Origin: Mobula hypostoma
Lineage: Eukaryota
Assembly (NCBI RefSeq): GCF_963921235.1
Contig: NC_086107.1
Span: 97,776,001-97,840,000, forward strand
Length of the DNA: 64,000 nt
Direction of reading: 5' to 3'
Numbering within the stretch: position 1 is the stretch's first letter; each line of letters starts with the position of its first letter. Under the pieces are notes generated by a model. The model searched no databases. It saw only the letters and a program-made list of their open reading frames with translations, and had not been told where the DNA came from. The translations under genes and the position numbers were made by a program. Shown in pieces: positions 22,731-35,828 of this stretch.

Positions 22731-23351
22731 CGGTGGCTTATTGATCAGGAAGTCACGGATCAGTTGCAGAGGGAGGCACTGGCTCCCAGCGTCGAGTTTA
22801 GTGTTGAATTTGCTTGGAATAACAACATTGAAGGCAGATCTGTAGTCAGTAAGCAATAGTTTGATATGGGTGTCTTTACCGTCCTGATGCTCCAGTGATG
22901 GGTGTAGGGCCTGAAAGAAGGTGACCGCTGTATATCTGATCAATGGTTCAATACCAGAGAATGGATACAGTGTACAACCTGAAATTCTTACTCTTCACAG
23001 AATCCACAAAGACAGAAGGGAACCCCAAACAATGAATGACAGTAAAATGTTAGGACCCCAAAGACCCCTCTCCCCCTCCCACACATAAGCAGCAGAAAAG
23101 CATCAATCCCCCCATGCACAAACAGTAGCAGAGCATCAACCCTCTCCTCTCCCCCTCCCTCACTGATTGCTGCAGGAAGCATCAGCACCCCCCCCCAACC
23201 CACCAAGCAAGCAATAGCAAAACCACGCTCTGCAGTTCAATAAAAACTAATTGATCTCCCGACAATTCGATGCACCACAGCCTCTCTCTTTCCCCAATAA
23301 AGAGACAGAGAGGTGTCACCTCTCTTCATCTCATGTTCTCTATATTTATTG

Positions 23352-23387
<36 letters not shown>

Positions 23388-24067
23388 TTTCTTTTGTATT
23401 TGCACAGTTTGATGTCTTGTGCACACTGGTTAAATGCCCAAGTTGGTCTGGTCTTTCAAAGATTCTGTTATGGTTATTATTCTATAGATTTATTAAGTAT
23501 GCCCACAAGAAAATAATAAATTCACTTTGAACTTTGAACAGATGATGTCAGAATTGAACTCTGAACTCCGACACATTCAGCTGTAGAGGCGTTGCGTCAA
23601 TCGCCACGCTACCATGGTGCCCCGATCTCACAGATGCTGCTCGACCCACTGAGTTTCTCCAGCAGATGGTGTCTTGCTCCAGATTCCAGCACCTGAGGTG
23701 TTGCCTGGATTGTAGCATTGCAGATGCCAGGAGATGCTGGTTAAGCTAGTTTATTTTCCCTGGGGCAAAGGAGTCTGAGGGGTGTACTGATTGAGGTGTG
23801 CAAAATTATGAGATGCACCAACAGGGAAGATAGTAAAAAAAATTTTTCCCATGCTGGGGATGTCTAAGATAAGACGGCATTGGTTAAGGTGAGGTGTGGG
23901 ATGTTTCGAGAGAATCTGAGGGGAAGTCTTAACCTTAAGACAAGGGTGGAATTTGTAACACACTGCCCAAGGAGGTGATGCTGGCAGATAATCACACAAC
24001 ATCCAAGAAGCAGATCGATGAGAACATGAATCAACAAGGTTTAGAAAAGCTGCAGACCAAATGTAGG

Positions 24068-24495
24068 GGACCGCTTCGGTGAGCGCCTCTGCTCAATTCG
24101 TCAAAAGTGGATATTCCCAGTAGCCAAACATCTTAATTCCCATTCTCGTTCCAACATGTCGGTCCATGGCCTCCTCTTGTGCCAAGATGAGGCCACACCC
24201 AGGGTGGAGGAACAACACTTTATATTCTGTCTGGGTAGCTTCCAACCTGATGACATGAATATCGATTTCACTTTCCAGTAAAAAATATTCCCTCCCTCTC
24301 CCCTCTTTTATTCCCCACTCTGGCCTCTTCTCACCTCCCCCTGGGTCCCCTCCTCCTCCTCTTTCTCCTGTGGGCCACTCGCCTCTCCGATTAGATTCCT
24401 TCATCTCCAACCCTTTGCCTTTTCCACCCACCTGGCTTCACCAATCAACTATTAGCTATCCTCTTCCCCTCCCGCCCCCTCCCACCTTTTTATTG
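24068..24495 (+). mobile_element. Penelope-like element 3' fragment (GIY-YIG C-terminus + CT-rich UTR)
   Basis: Homologous to 57910-58380 (EEQHFIFCLGSFQPDDMNIDF). Confidence 0.8.
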
Positions 24496-25544
24496 GGGAA
24501 GGAGACAGGGGAGGGAGAGGGACAGGGAAGAGGGGGAAGGGAGAGGGGGAGAGGGGAGAAACCATAAGTAGAAGAGGTGATGCCTGTGTGTAAGGTGAAG
24601 AATTCAATCCTGGCCCAGCCCTCACAGTGCACCCAGTCTCTCGCTCCCTGCCTGGCCACTCTCCCCATCTCCGCCACTCTGCCCCTTGCTCCTTTTGTTG
24701 TAACACCACTCAGACCCAGCGAGCTACAAAGCTGCGTGGGTCTCATGAGCCACATATTCACCCCCATTGTTTCTGCTCCAGTCCCCATTGTTCCAGAGTG
24801 ACGCCTCCGACATCTGTTCAGAGACGTGGAGGAAAGAAACATCCTCGTAAGGCCGGACCCAGCTTCATTGAGCTGAGGCAGAACAAGAGCAGGCTGGTAA
24901 CTGCACAGCAGCCAATCGACTCACCCACCCCCCTGTACTGCCTTCAGCCCCACACTCCCCCCTTCCTACCCCTGCACCCCTAAAGACAGCACAAGCCTCC
25001 CCATCTGCATTACCCCGCCACTCATGTACAGCTGCCAAAACGATCCAGCAGTGATAGATGCTTGTCAGTCAGCAGATACAGAATGGGCTGAAGGGTCTGC
25101 TTCTTTGATGGATGTCTCTGTGAATTCAAAAGTCACTGAAAATTATTTAAAAACTTTGAAAAACTACCCACAGGATAAAAATATATTTAGAAATCCAAGA
25201 TGAGAAAAATTAAAACAGTTGAAGCACTCAAAATACTTGGCAGGTTTGGAAGATACTCAAAAAAATTAAAAATAACTGAATTGATGCCAAACAGTTAACC
25301 AGCTGCCTCGCTGGGGCGGATACAGATTTCCGGTAGATCTGCTGACTCTGCCTCAGCACTATAATGGAGTGAGCCTCTCAGGAAGACCATGCTCTCAGGA
25401 GAGGTCCGGACTGTTCGGTCTGGTCCTGCCCACAACAGACAGGGGATCACTGCACGGTACCAACACTGACCTCCCTCGTTCACAGCAAGGTACTCGTCAA
25501 TGGTTGGTATCGGATCTATCTCAACCAGGGAACCATCCGCACAA

Positions 25545-26100
25545 TGAGAGCATCCTGGCACATTGCCTCTCCATCTGGTATGGGAGCAGCCGAGCATCAG
25601 ACCAGAAGTCCCCACAAAGGACTGTGAGAACGGCTGAGAGGATCATAGGGGTCTCCCTACCATCCATCTGGGACACCTATCAGGAACGCTGCGTACGTAG
25701 GACCCTTAGTGTTGTCAAGGATCCTACCCATCCATCCAGCGTCGTCTTTGACTTTCTACCATCAGGCAGGAGACTCCGATGCATAAAAACGAGAACGGTC
25801 AGGATGAGAAACAGTTTCTTCCCTCAGGCCATTAGGCTTCTGAACTCCCTGCCGCATCGTATTTTAAGTGTCACCTGTTCCGTACCTTACAATATTTAAT
25901 ATTAATGCACTTTAGTTTGTTATTTATGTGTGAGTCATGTGTAGATTTTATCCTTACTTTCATAGGTTATTGTGTGTGTTATGAGTACTACAGTGCTTTA
26001 GACATCGGTTTGGAGAAATATTGTCTCATTTCTAAATATGATATTACATGTTATATACATGTATATAGTCAAACAACAATAAACTTGACTTGACTTGAGT
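25545..26100 (+). mobile_element. Rex1/Babar-like LINE 3' end with (cttga)n tail
   Basis: ESILAHCLSIWYG..RTAERIIG..DPTHP..LPSGRRLR..NSFFPQAIRLLN; aataaacttgacttgacttga. Confidence 0.85.
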
Positions 26101-29029
26101 CAATTTTATTCTCAATGCCTCTCTAACTTTCAGACAGCTTCCAATCTATTGACTAAAATCTTCCAGGCCACTCCACTTTAGGAGGAAAGAATGGTATCTC
26201 TCAGTTCTCCAAAGAGCGATTTGTACCCTGGTGTGCTTCTCAAACCTCACTCCCCTGCAAACTGATTGATTTAACTCAGCACTTGGTAGGTATAGTACTG
26301 TACAAAAGTCTTGGGCACACATATATATAGTTGAGACTATTGCACAGTACTGTATTCGTCAATGTGAAGCAGACAGCAAGTTGTAGATCTGGCGGCAGCA
26401 AAGGATGTTGAGAATGGCGAAGACGGAGCACTGCAGAGGAATGTGGGACAGGCGGCAGTAAAGGAGTACCAGGGGTGGCGCAGGTGCAAACTTCATAGAG
26501 TTGTGGACACAGCTTAAAACATCATAGATATCAGCCTCCCCTCCATGGACTCTGTCTACATCTTGTGTTGCTTCAGTAAAACAGCTGAAGATCCCACCCT
26601 CCCGAACATTCTCTCTTCTCCCCTTTTCCATTGGGCCAAAGACACAAATGCCCAAAAGCACATACCACAGGGCTCAAAGACAGCTTCTATCCTGCTGCTG
26701 TAAATGTACTGAACTAACCTCTTCCACGATAAGATGGGCTCTTGAGCTCACAGTCTACTGGTTATGTCCTTGCACCTCACTGTCTGCCTTCACTGCACGT
26801 TCTCTGTGATGGTAACACCTTATTCTGCATTCTGTCATTGATTTTCCCTTGTTCTACCTCAATGCACCGATGTGATGAAATGGTCTGTATGGATAGCTTG
26901 CAAACCAAAGTTTTTCACTGTATCTTGATACACAGGATAATAATAAATCAGGTTACCAATTGATAACTTAGAGAAGCGGGCAGCAAGTTGATTTTCTCCC
27001 AGTTCCCAAATAATAAATCTGTCCCCAGATAAGACCCACCCAGCCAATGTTCTTCATTCTATTCATTTTCTCCATCACATCATGGTTATTTTCACTCTTG
27101 CATGTTCTTTCTCTCTCTCTCTCTCTGTATATATTTTTTCTCTTCACCCACCATTTCCTCAACCATCCCTTCTTACTATTTCTCCCTCCCACCATCCTAT
27201 AATTCTTCTCTGAAACTCCCCTCCGCGGATGTTCCACTGAACATTATGAGGTTCTGGTCCTTACCATTCCTTCCCCTCCTCATCCCTCCCTCTGGCGTGA
27301 CATCATTGTCATCTTAAGTGAAACCAGGGGTATAGACTGAATGCAAGAAGGTACTGTGAAGTTAGGTCAGATATCAAGGCGACACAGACACAAGAAGTTG
27401 AATAGACACTCCTGTTGCTACTTTGTACAATCTTCTCTCCCCTTACACGTTGAGAACACTCCCTCTCTTCCCATTCCTTTCCTTTTCCTCATCCGTCACA
27501 TCCTTTCTCAGCATTCGTTTTTCCTATACCTCATTCTCCCTTGTGTCTTGCCCTTTCTCCTCACCCTCTCCTGTTGCCCTCATACCTCTACCTCTTTTTC
27601 CAACCTCTGCTGATTGTTTTACCCTTCTCTCTGCACCATCTCATTGTCCCTCCTATCCCACACCTACCCTGAACCCCTCTCTTATAAACACTACCTCACA
27701 TTTCTTCCACCCATTCTTCCAACTCCCTTTCCTTCAATCTCCTTCTCCTTGTTTTTCACACTCTTACTCCTCCTTTCCATCACATGTTCAATCCCTCGGC
27801 CTCCTTTTTCCTCATGCTACCCTCTTCTCTCTTCTTCATCTCCTTTTCTCTCTCTTCCTCTTGCACCCCATCTTCTCTCTTCGTTTTCATCACCCTTCTC
27901 AATTCTTTATTCTGCCTCCCTCTGTATGCCTTTCTTGCTCTGTCTCTCTCTCCCCCCCCCCAGTCTCTCACCCCACCCTCTCACTCCCCTCCCCTCTTCC
28001 TGCCATTGTTCCCTGGACTATTGTCACTGTTCTTTGGTCAATAATCCATGGCCACATTCAATTCCTCACCGAACTGGCACATACTGAATGTGGCACGGTG
28101 AGCCAGAGCACCAGCTGATTGGTTGCATCCAAGCAGAACCATCCAATGAGGAAGCACTTTGAAAGAGGAAGCCTCACTTGGCCAGTCACAGTCATTGGTG
28201 GAACACTGGGGAACAGAAGTAGATGCGCAACTGACATCCCATAATTTAGCAAGCCTTCTAATCACAGAACCTCTCCAATGACTTCCAAAGGACAACATTT
28301 CTATCCTGAATGGTTGAGAGTATTTGATTGTTCCAAGGCTTTTAAATGATTCATTGGACTCTGGAGATCTGGCAAAATGCAGAAGCTACAGCTCATGGTG
28401 AAACAACACAAAGAGAGGGGAAGGGCAGAAGGAGCCACCTACTCAACAGCTGGGAGAAGTAAGAAGCACCAGACCTCTATACCCTCTGGAGCCAAACAGG
28501 TAAGACAGACAGACAAGGGTGTCTAGTACAGGAAGTGAATGGGGGAAGAAAGTGATGGGAAAGGAAGGTGAGGAAATGGAGGGGGAAGGAAACAAAAGAC
28601 AGGGAGAAAGAGGACTAGAGAGGGAAGAGAGGGATGACGGGACAGCAAGAAAACAGGGGAGAGGTTGGGGTGAGAGGGGAAGGACAGAGAGTAGTGGAAA
28701 GCAAGACGAGAAGAGGTCAGGGAAAGAAGAGGGATTTATATTATGGGGTCAATGAGGATAAGCAGATGGAGTGCAGGTGTTGGGAGGTAAAGGGGGTAGA
28801 GAATGTGGGCAGGGGTTGGGAAGGGGAAGAGGTGGAAGGGGTAGGGTTGTAGGAATGGAGACGAGGTGAGAAGAGATAGAGTGGATTGCCAGAAGAAGTG
28901 GGGAGAGAGTGAGAAGGGAAAGGAGGAAGAGAGGCTATGAAGAAAGGATGAAAGAGGGGTAAAGAGAAAGATGGGGAAGTGGAGAGAGAGGAAAGTGAGT
29001 GAATTTTCTGCACCTTTATCAAAACTCCT

Positions 29030-30245
29030 CTCAAGTCTTTTATATTCCAGGGAATAAAGTCACAACCTGTTCAACTTTTCCCTATAACTCAGGTCCTCAA
29101 GTCCTGGCAACATCCTTGTAAATTTTCTCTGTACTCTTTCAATTTTATTTACATCTTTCTTGTAGGTAGGTAACCAAAACTGCACACAGTACTCCAAATC
29201 AGGCCTCACCAACATCTTAACAATTCTCATAACATCCCAACTCCTGTACTCAGTACATTGATTTAGGAAGACCAATGTGACAAAATCCTATATATCTGTG
29301 ATACTACTTTCAAGGAATTGTTGATATGTATTTCCAGATCCTTCTGTTCTACCGCACTCCTCAGTGCCCTACAACTCACCATGTAAGCCCTACCCTGGTT
29401 GGTCCTCCCAAAGTGCAACACCTCACATTTGTCTGCATTTAATTCCATTTGCCATTTCCCAGCCCATTTTTCCAGCTGGTCCAGATCCTACTGCAAGCTT
29501 AGATAGTCTTCCTCGCTGACCACTGCACCCCCAATCTTGATGTCATCTGCAAATTTGCTGACCCAGTTTACCACGTTATCATCCAGATCATTGATATAGA
29601 TGACACGCAACAACAGACCCAACACTGATCCCTGTGGCACTTCACTAGTCACAGGCCTCCACTCAGAGAGGCAACCATCGACTACCATGCTCTGGCTTCT
29701 CCTGTGAAGCCAGTGTCCAATCCAATTTACTACCTCATCCTGAATGCCAAACAACTGAACCTTCTTGATCAACCTCTCATGCAGAACCTTGTCAAAGGCC
29801 TTCCTAGAGTCCATGTAGACAACATCCACTGCTCTGTCTTCGTCAACTTTCCTGCTAACTTCCTTGAAAAACTCAGTAAGATTGGTTAGACTCGACCTAC
29901 TATGCACAAATTGATTACTCTAATCAGTCACTGTCTAGCCAAATACTTATATATCCAGTCCCTTAAAATAAATTCAAGTTACTTACCCACCACTGACATC
30001 AGGCTCACCAACCTATAATTTCCCAGCTTATTCTTAGAACCTTTCTTAAATAACAGAACATTATCTATTCTCCAATTCTCCAGCACCTCTCCCGTAGCTA
30101 AGGATGTTTTAAATATCTCTGCTAGGGCCCCTGCAATTCCCACACTAGCCTCCCTGACTAGGGTCCAAGGGAATTCTTTGCCAGGCCCTGGGGATTTATC
30201 CATCCAGATTTCCCTCAAAACAGCAAACTCTTCCTCTTCTGTAAT
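29030..30245 (-). mobile_element. CR1 LINE ORF2 RT fragment
   Basis: KSPGP, NYRLVSL, KAFDKV, VPQGSVLG, SKFADD, NADKCEVLHFG, RPDLEYCVQFW. Confidence 0.92.
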
Positions 30246-30269
30246 TAGTACACGTTCCATGCCTTCATG

Positions 30270-30270
30270 T

Positions 30271-30303
<33 letters not shown>

Positions 30304-30379
30304 TGTGTATATCGGTGTGTGTCTGTGTGAATGTGCGTCTGTATGCATGTCCACGTCTGCATGCATGTGCCTGTGTGTG

Positions 30380-30420
<41 letters not shown>

Positions 30421-30630
30421 GTGTCTGTGTATGCGTGTGAGTGTGTGTTCTGTGTTTGTGAGTCTGTGTGAGTGTGTGTATGTGCATGCGTGTATGTATG
30501 AATGTGTGTGTGAGTGCTTGTCTCTGTGAGTGTGAGTCCATGTGTGAGTGTGTGTATGTGTGTGTCTGTGAGTATAAGCGAGTGTGTGTGTGTGTGTGTG
30601 CGTGTGTACCAGTGAGTGTATGTGTGGCCA
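30270..30630. repeat. Degenerate (TG)n microsatellite
   Basis: Long TG runs with interspersed variants. Confidence 0.95.
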
Positions 30631-30880
30631 TACATAGGGGTGAGGTTGTGCGGATTTCTCTCTCCCTTGCATTCATTTATCTCCTAAGCTGCTGTTGTGT
30701 TTCCCATTCCTTTGCAAAGTCGGGAACACCTGGGTGAGCCAGGAGGGGCGGAAGGGCCGAAGGGGCAGCGGTGGGGATGGAGGGAAGCTGGAGACAACTG
30801 GTGCTGTAACATACCCATTGCGCCCTCCCTTGGCATTAGCTCCTTCCCACGTGGCCCTAGCGGACAGAAAGGTCGCAACC

Positions 30881-31666
30881 ATGTGGGGTGCCCTCTCGGT
30901 GCAGAGCCCTCCTGAACTCTGCACCCAGCTGCTGCTGGTGCTGAGGGTCCTGGCCAGTGCCAGTGGGCAGATCCCACGCCTCTGTGCTGGCAGCAAGCAT
31001 CTGGCGAGCCGCCAGCACTGCCCGGTGTTGTGGAGAGACGGTTCTCCCTGCAGCAGTGCCTCGGGCTGATGGTGGTTCCGGGCCAACTCTGGTGGGACTT
31101 CCGGCTGGGCTGGCCCAGACATTTCTTCGATGAGCTGCGTGCGTGCGAGCCCCACTACTCGGGAAGCAACTGTGGGGAGTGCGCCGACGGCTGGCCAGGC
31201 TCCCGGTGCCAGCTCCGGTGCCTGGTGGAGCAGCAGGACCTGTGGAAGATGGGCGCGCCGGAGCAGGAACTGTTCCTAGACTGCCTCCTGCTGGCCAAGC
31301 GCACTGTCAGCCCACAGTACCTCCTCTACAGCAGCCCCAGCGCCATGCTGAACCTGCCCTTCCGCTTGCGCGATGCCAGCCTGTACAACATCTTCAGCTG
31401 GGTGCACTACCTCTACTCCAAGGACCGAGGGGACGACAACCCAAGCTCCTTCGCCCACAAGGGCCCTGGCTTCCCCTCCTGGCCCCACGCCTTCCTGCTG
31501 GCTTTCGAGCCAGAGATGTGCAACCTGACAGGAGACCAGGACTTCTACGTGCCGTACTTGAAGCTGGGCCGGACAACAAGGCTGTGACGTCTGCATCGAC
31601 AAGATCTCTGGCGCCAACGACGGCCAGGGCTTCCTGCAGCGGGCCTCGAGGTTCCGCAAGTGGTGG
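30881..31666 (+). pseudogene. Tyrosinase-family (TYR/TYRP1/DCT-like) pseudogene, first exon
   Basis: Signal peptide, QIPRLC, GSPC..SG*, WPRHFF, YSGSNCGEC..GW.G..C, SLYNIFSWVHY, FAHKGPGFPSW, FYVPY, CDVCID..GAN, then SRFRKWW|gtgaga donor at the position of the TYR exon-1 boundary. TGA at 31067-31069 and frameshifts near 31070-31095 and 31560. Confidence 0.9.
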
Positions 31667-31906
31667 GTGAGAACAACAAACTTCTCCATTGCCTCTACTC
31701 CCACAGTGCCCACTTCTTACCCACGCCCCTCTCCACATCCTGCCCCTTCCACCCCATGACAACTTCCTGCTGGTGATATTAGTTTCAGATCCCTACGAAT
31801 CAGAATCAGGTTTATTATCACCGGCATGTGTCGTGAAATTTGTTAACTTAGCAACAGCAGTTCAATGCAATACATAATATAGAAGAAAAATAAATAAATC
31901 ACAGTA

Positions 31907-32594
31907 CAGTCGGCCCTCCGTATCCACCGGTTCCGCATCCGCGGATTCAACCAACCGCGGATCGGGATCGAAAAAAAACCTGGAAGTTCTCTCTCCAGCA
32001 CTCGTTATTTGAGCACAGATCCTGGCATTAACATTATTGAGCCTCCTCCAAAGTGTCCTTATTCCCTAAACAATACAGTGTAACAACTATTTACACAGCA
32101 TTTCCATTGTATTAGGAATTATAAGTACTGCAATCTAGAGATGATTAAAAGTATTACTCGTTGTTTGAACATTGTTCGCCTCGTGTCTCGTTCGCTCGCT
32201 ACTTGTGTTGTGAGCAAGAAGAAGGAGTTTAAGGCTGGTGAGGGATGTCTGGCTGTGTAAAGCGCTACAGCCTCAAGAACTTAAAGATCACGGGAGAATT
32301 GGCATCGGCTGATGCCAAGGCAGCATCAGCGTTCCCAGAAGAGCTACGATAGCTGCGTACTGAACATGTACAGACTTCTTTTTTTTGTCATTATTCCCTA
32401 ATACAGTATAACAACTATTTACATTGTATTAGGTATTATAAGTAATCTAGAGATGATTTAAGGTATACGGGAGGTTGTGCGTAGGTTATATGCAAATACT
32501 ATGCCATTTTATATACGGGACTTGGGCATCCGCGGAATTCGGTATCCGCAGGGGGTCCCGGAACCAATCCCCCATGGATATGGAGGGCTGACTG
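31907..32594. mobile_element. pogo/Tigger-derived non-autonomous DNA transposon
   Basis: TIRs cagtcggccctccgtatcc / ggatatggagggctgactg with TA on both sides; internal KNLKITGELASAD remnant. Confidence 0.88.
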
Positions 32595-33536
32595 TATATG
32601 TATATCAAATAGGTTAAAAAATCATGCAAAAGCAGAAATAATATATACTTAAGAAGTGAGGTAGTGTTCAAGGGTTCAATGTCCATTTAGGAATGGGATG
32701 GCAGAGGGGAAGAAGCTGTTCCTGAATCGCTGAGTGTGTGCCTTCAGGCTTCTGTATCTCCTACCTGATGGTAACAATGAAAAAAGAGCTTTTCCTGTTT
32801 GCTGGGGGTCTTTAATAATGGACGCTGCCTTTCTGAGACACCGCTTCTTGAAGATGTCCTGGGTACTTAGTAGGCTAGTACCCAAGATGGAGCTGACTAA
32901 ATTTACGAACCCCTGCAGCTTCTTTCGGTCCTGTCAGTAGCACCCCCCCCCCCCCCGATTCAGAGAGTGATGCAGCCTGTCACAATGCTCTCCACAGTAT
33001 ATCTATAGAGGTTTTTGAGTGTTTTTGTTGACATACCAAATCTCTTCAAACTCCTGATCAAGTACAGTCATTAATGAAGAACACCCATTGATGGTCAATG
33101 CTCTCTCTCCTCCATCTCCCACTTCTTTCTTGTGCCTGCTTTTCCCCACTCTGTCTCCACGCTTGTTGTCTTCCTGCTCTCTCACCATAGACCCCACTTT
33201 TCTTTCATTAATATTCCGACGTAACTCCGAGTTACACTCACGCTGCAGGGAAATGGGTCATTCTGACTCCACAAGCCACACCAGCCAATGGGCACCCATC
33301 CATATTAATCCCAACTTCCTGCCCTTGGCCCATAGCCCAATGCTTGGACTATTCAGATGTCCATCTACATCACTCCTCTGCTGTCAGTGTCTCTGCTTCC
33401 ACCACTTCCTCAGGCAGTGTGTTCCGGGTACTCTCTGCTCTCTGGGTGAAAACAGAACCCTCAGATCCCCTCTAAATCTCTTAAATTCTACTCCAAATCT
33501 ACATCCTCTTGTCTTTTCTACTGCGTTGATGATACA

Positions 33537-33626
33537 ATGCCACCCTTCATCCCAGTGGTGTATAACCGAGACTTCATGAAGAGCTCACTGGAATTTGGCT
33601 ATACCTGCTCAGAAATGACCATCTGA
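33537..33626 (+). pseudogene. Tyrosinase-family last-exon remnant
   Basis: MPPFIPVVYNRDFMKSSLEFGYTCSEMTI* resembles TYR [26 protein letters not shown]; it directly abuts a reversed CR1 fragment and no acceptor is visible. Confidence 0.8.
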
Positions 33627-35321
33627 ACTGACCCCTAGACCCTGCTACCTCAGTTTACCATTGGCCTGCCCTTTCATTTGTATTTCACCCACAACGGGCA
33701 CAGGAACGTGGTGAGGGTGAGTGGGTAAGGTTTCAAAGTGAGACCAAGTTGCCCCATTTGGAAATATGTTTACCACTAATTCAACATCATGGTCTCAAAG
33801 TACTGCAGTGTTCTGTCCCTACCAGTGCCGTGTGAATACCTGGATCCAATTCAAGAGGATAACATGCCGGCCCTTCCAAAGAATAGGAAACTATGAGGCA
33901 AGCATGATCCGAGTAGAATTTTCAATACAACAGAGATGGCTGAGGAGATTCAATTCTAGCACACTTCAATTACCATGCAATTTTCTCAGAAGCTTCACAA
34001 TCCTTTGAGTGTGACCAATCCAAAGGACTTTGGGTCTGGAACTGTTCACAATCACCAAAATGGGGCTGAAATAAGATTCCATACGTCTCCTATTCACACA
34101 TTGTTATTTATTTCATTGTGTACATATTTTAAAGATCATTTAAGAAGTGATTCTACTGGTAAAATAGGAAGCTTTGCATTTATATAGAACTGTTACCAAT
34201 CTCAGAACACTTAAGTGAAAAACAGCTGTAAGGTTGGATCACTTCTTGGACAGTATCAAATAAGCACAAACCAAAAATTATTCATACAAGAGGTCAAAAT
34301 TGTAAGTGCAGAATTTCCATACACATTTCTTTCCTCATATCCGCTTTATTCCTAACAATTAATAAGTGTAACTGGGGACGTCTTTCTCTACATTCATTGT
34401 ACCATCGATTCTCAAGAAAGCAGGTTCAGCTGCAGCGGCCATTGCCTGAGAGGATTTGGGGCTGCACTGAACCTTCGGGTCAGAGTGAAGCAGCAGGGCC
34501 CAGGTTCGAGTGTGGATAATGAACTGATGTTCGCCAGACTGTCCCACGCACCTAATAGTCTGCATAATAATAAAACAAATGCCTCTAACATCTCCTTTAA
34601 ATATCTCTCCCCCCCCACCTTAAACGCATGTTGTTTAGAATTAGCAATTTCTGCCCGAGGGAAAAGATTCAGTCTCCTTTATCTATGGCTCTCATAGTTT
34701 TATAAACTTCCACCAGGTTTCCCTTCGGCATCCAGTGGGTTGCTGGGCGGTGCGGCTGATTGGGCTGCAAAGGCCTGTTCTGCACCGTATCGCTAAATAA
34801 ATAATAAATACATCTAAGAAAGGAGTAGGGGAAACCATGTCTTCACCCTGGAGAGCAGCTGAAATCAAATCAGCCAATATATTCAAAGGGTCAGTTAAAA
34901 TACTGAGAACCAGGAGCAAGACATCTTTTGAGTTAGTGGTGGAGAGGAGGTCACTGAACAAGCTGTTATCCATTATGGACAATCAGGCACATCCTCTCCG
35001 TGAGCTACTGAATAAGTAGCGGAGCACCCTTTCGAACAGACTCATTCAGTTCGGCTGTCACAAGGATCATTACAGAAAATCTTTCCTACCAAATGCAATA
35101 AGCATATACAACAATTCGACAGGAGAATGCACATCATAGTACAATCGTCTGTTTTATTATTACATACATTATTGCACATTGATAAATTATTATTGTGCAT
35201 ATTACTATTCTGTACATCATTAGTTAATATTATTATATTTATTATTATTGCTAAGTGTATTTTTAAATGTTGCTGCTCTAACGAAATAATTTCCTACTCA
35301 GGATCAATAAAGTACTTATTA

Positions 35322-35828
35322 CGAGGGGTGATTGATAAGTTTGTGGCCTAAGGTGGGAGGAGTCAATTTTAGAAAACCTAGCACATTTATTTTTCCTACA
35401 TTTACACACTTAGTCCAGCGGTCGTGGAGCATACGGATCCCCTCTTTGTAGAAGTCGGTGTCTTGGACCTCCAGAAAGTGGTCCACAGCAGGGGTGATTG
35501 ATAAGTTCGTGGCCTGAGGTGGAAGGAGATGAGTTACTAATTTCAAACTTTCTGCATAATCACTGAGTTGAACTGCATGTGTATGTAACGAGAGCTGTGT
35601 AACTCATCTCCTTCTACCTTAGGTCACGAACTTATCAATCACCCCTGTTGTGGACCACTTTCTGGAGGTCCAAGACACCGAGTTCTACAAAGAAGGGATC
35701 CGTATGCTCCACGACCACTGGACTTAGTGTGTAAATGTAGGAGGGGACTATGTTGAAAAATAAATATGCTAGGTTTTCTAAAATTGACTCTTTCTACCCT
35801 AGGCCACGAACTTATCAACCACCCCTCG
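35322..35828. mobile_element. mariner-derived palindromic MITE
   Basis: TIR cgaggggtgattgataagtt.gtggcct, TA flanks, transposase C-terminus FYKEGIRMLHD.W..CVNVGGDYVEK* on both arms. Confidence 0.92.

Noticed and set aside
24797..24896. Possible + strand exon (ttccag|...|gtaact; VTPPTSVQRRGGKKHPRK...)
   Set aside because: No recognisable homology and no partner exons identified.
29979..30737. His/Thr-rich and Cys/Val-rich ORFs
   Set aside because: Translations of the (TG)n microsatellite, partly fused to a CR1 frame.
30881..31666. Calling this TYR, TYRP1 or DCT, or a functional gene
   Set aside because: Too divergent to assign by eye, with several disabling lesions and no CuB exons found.
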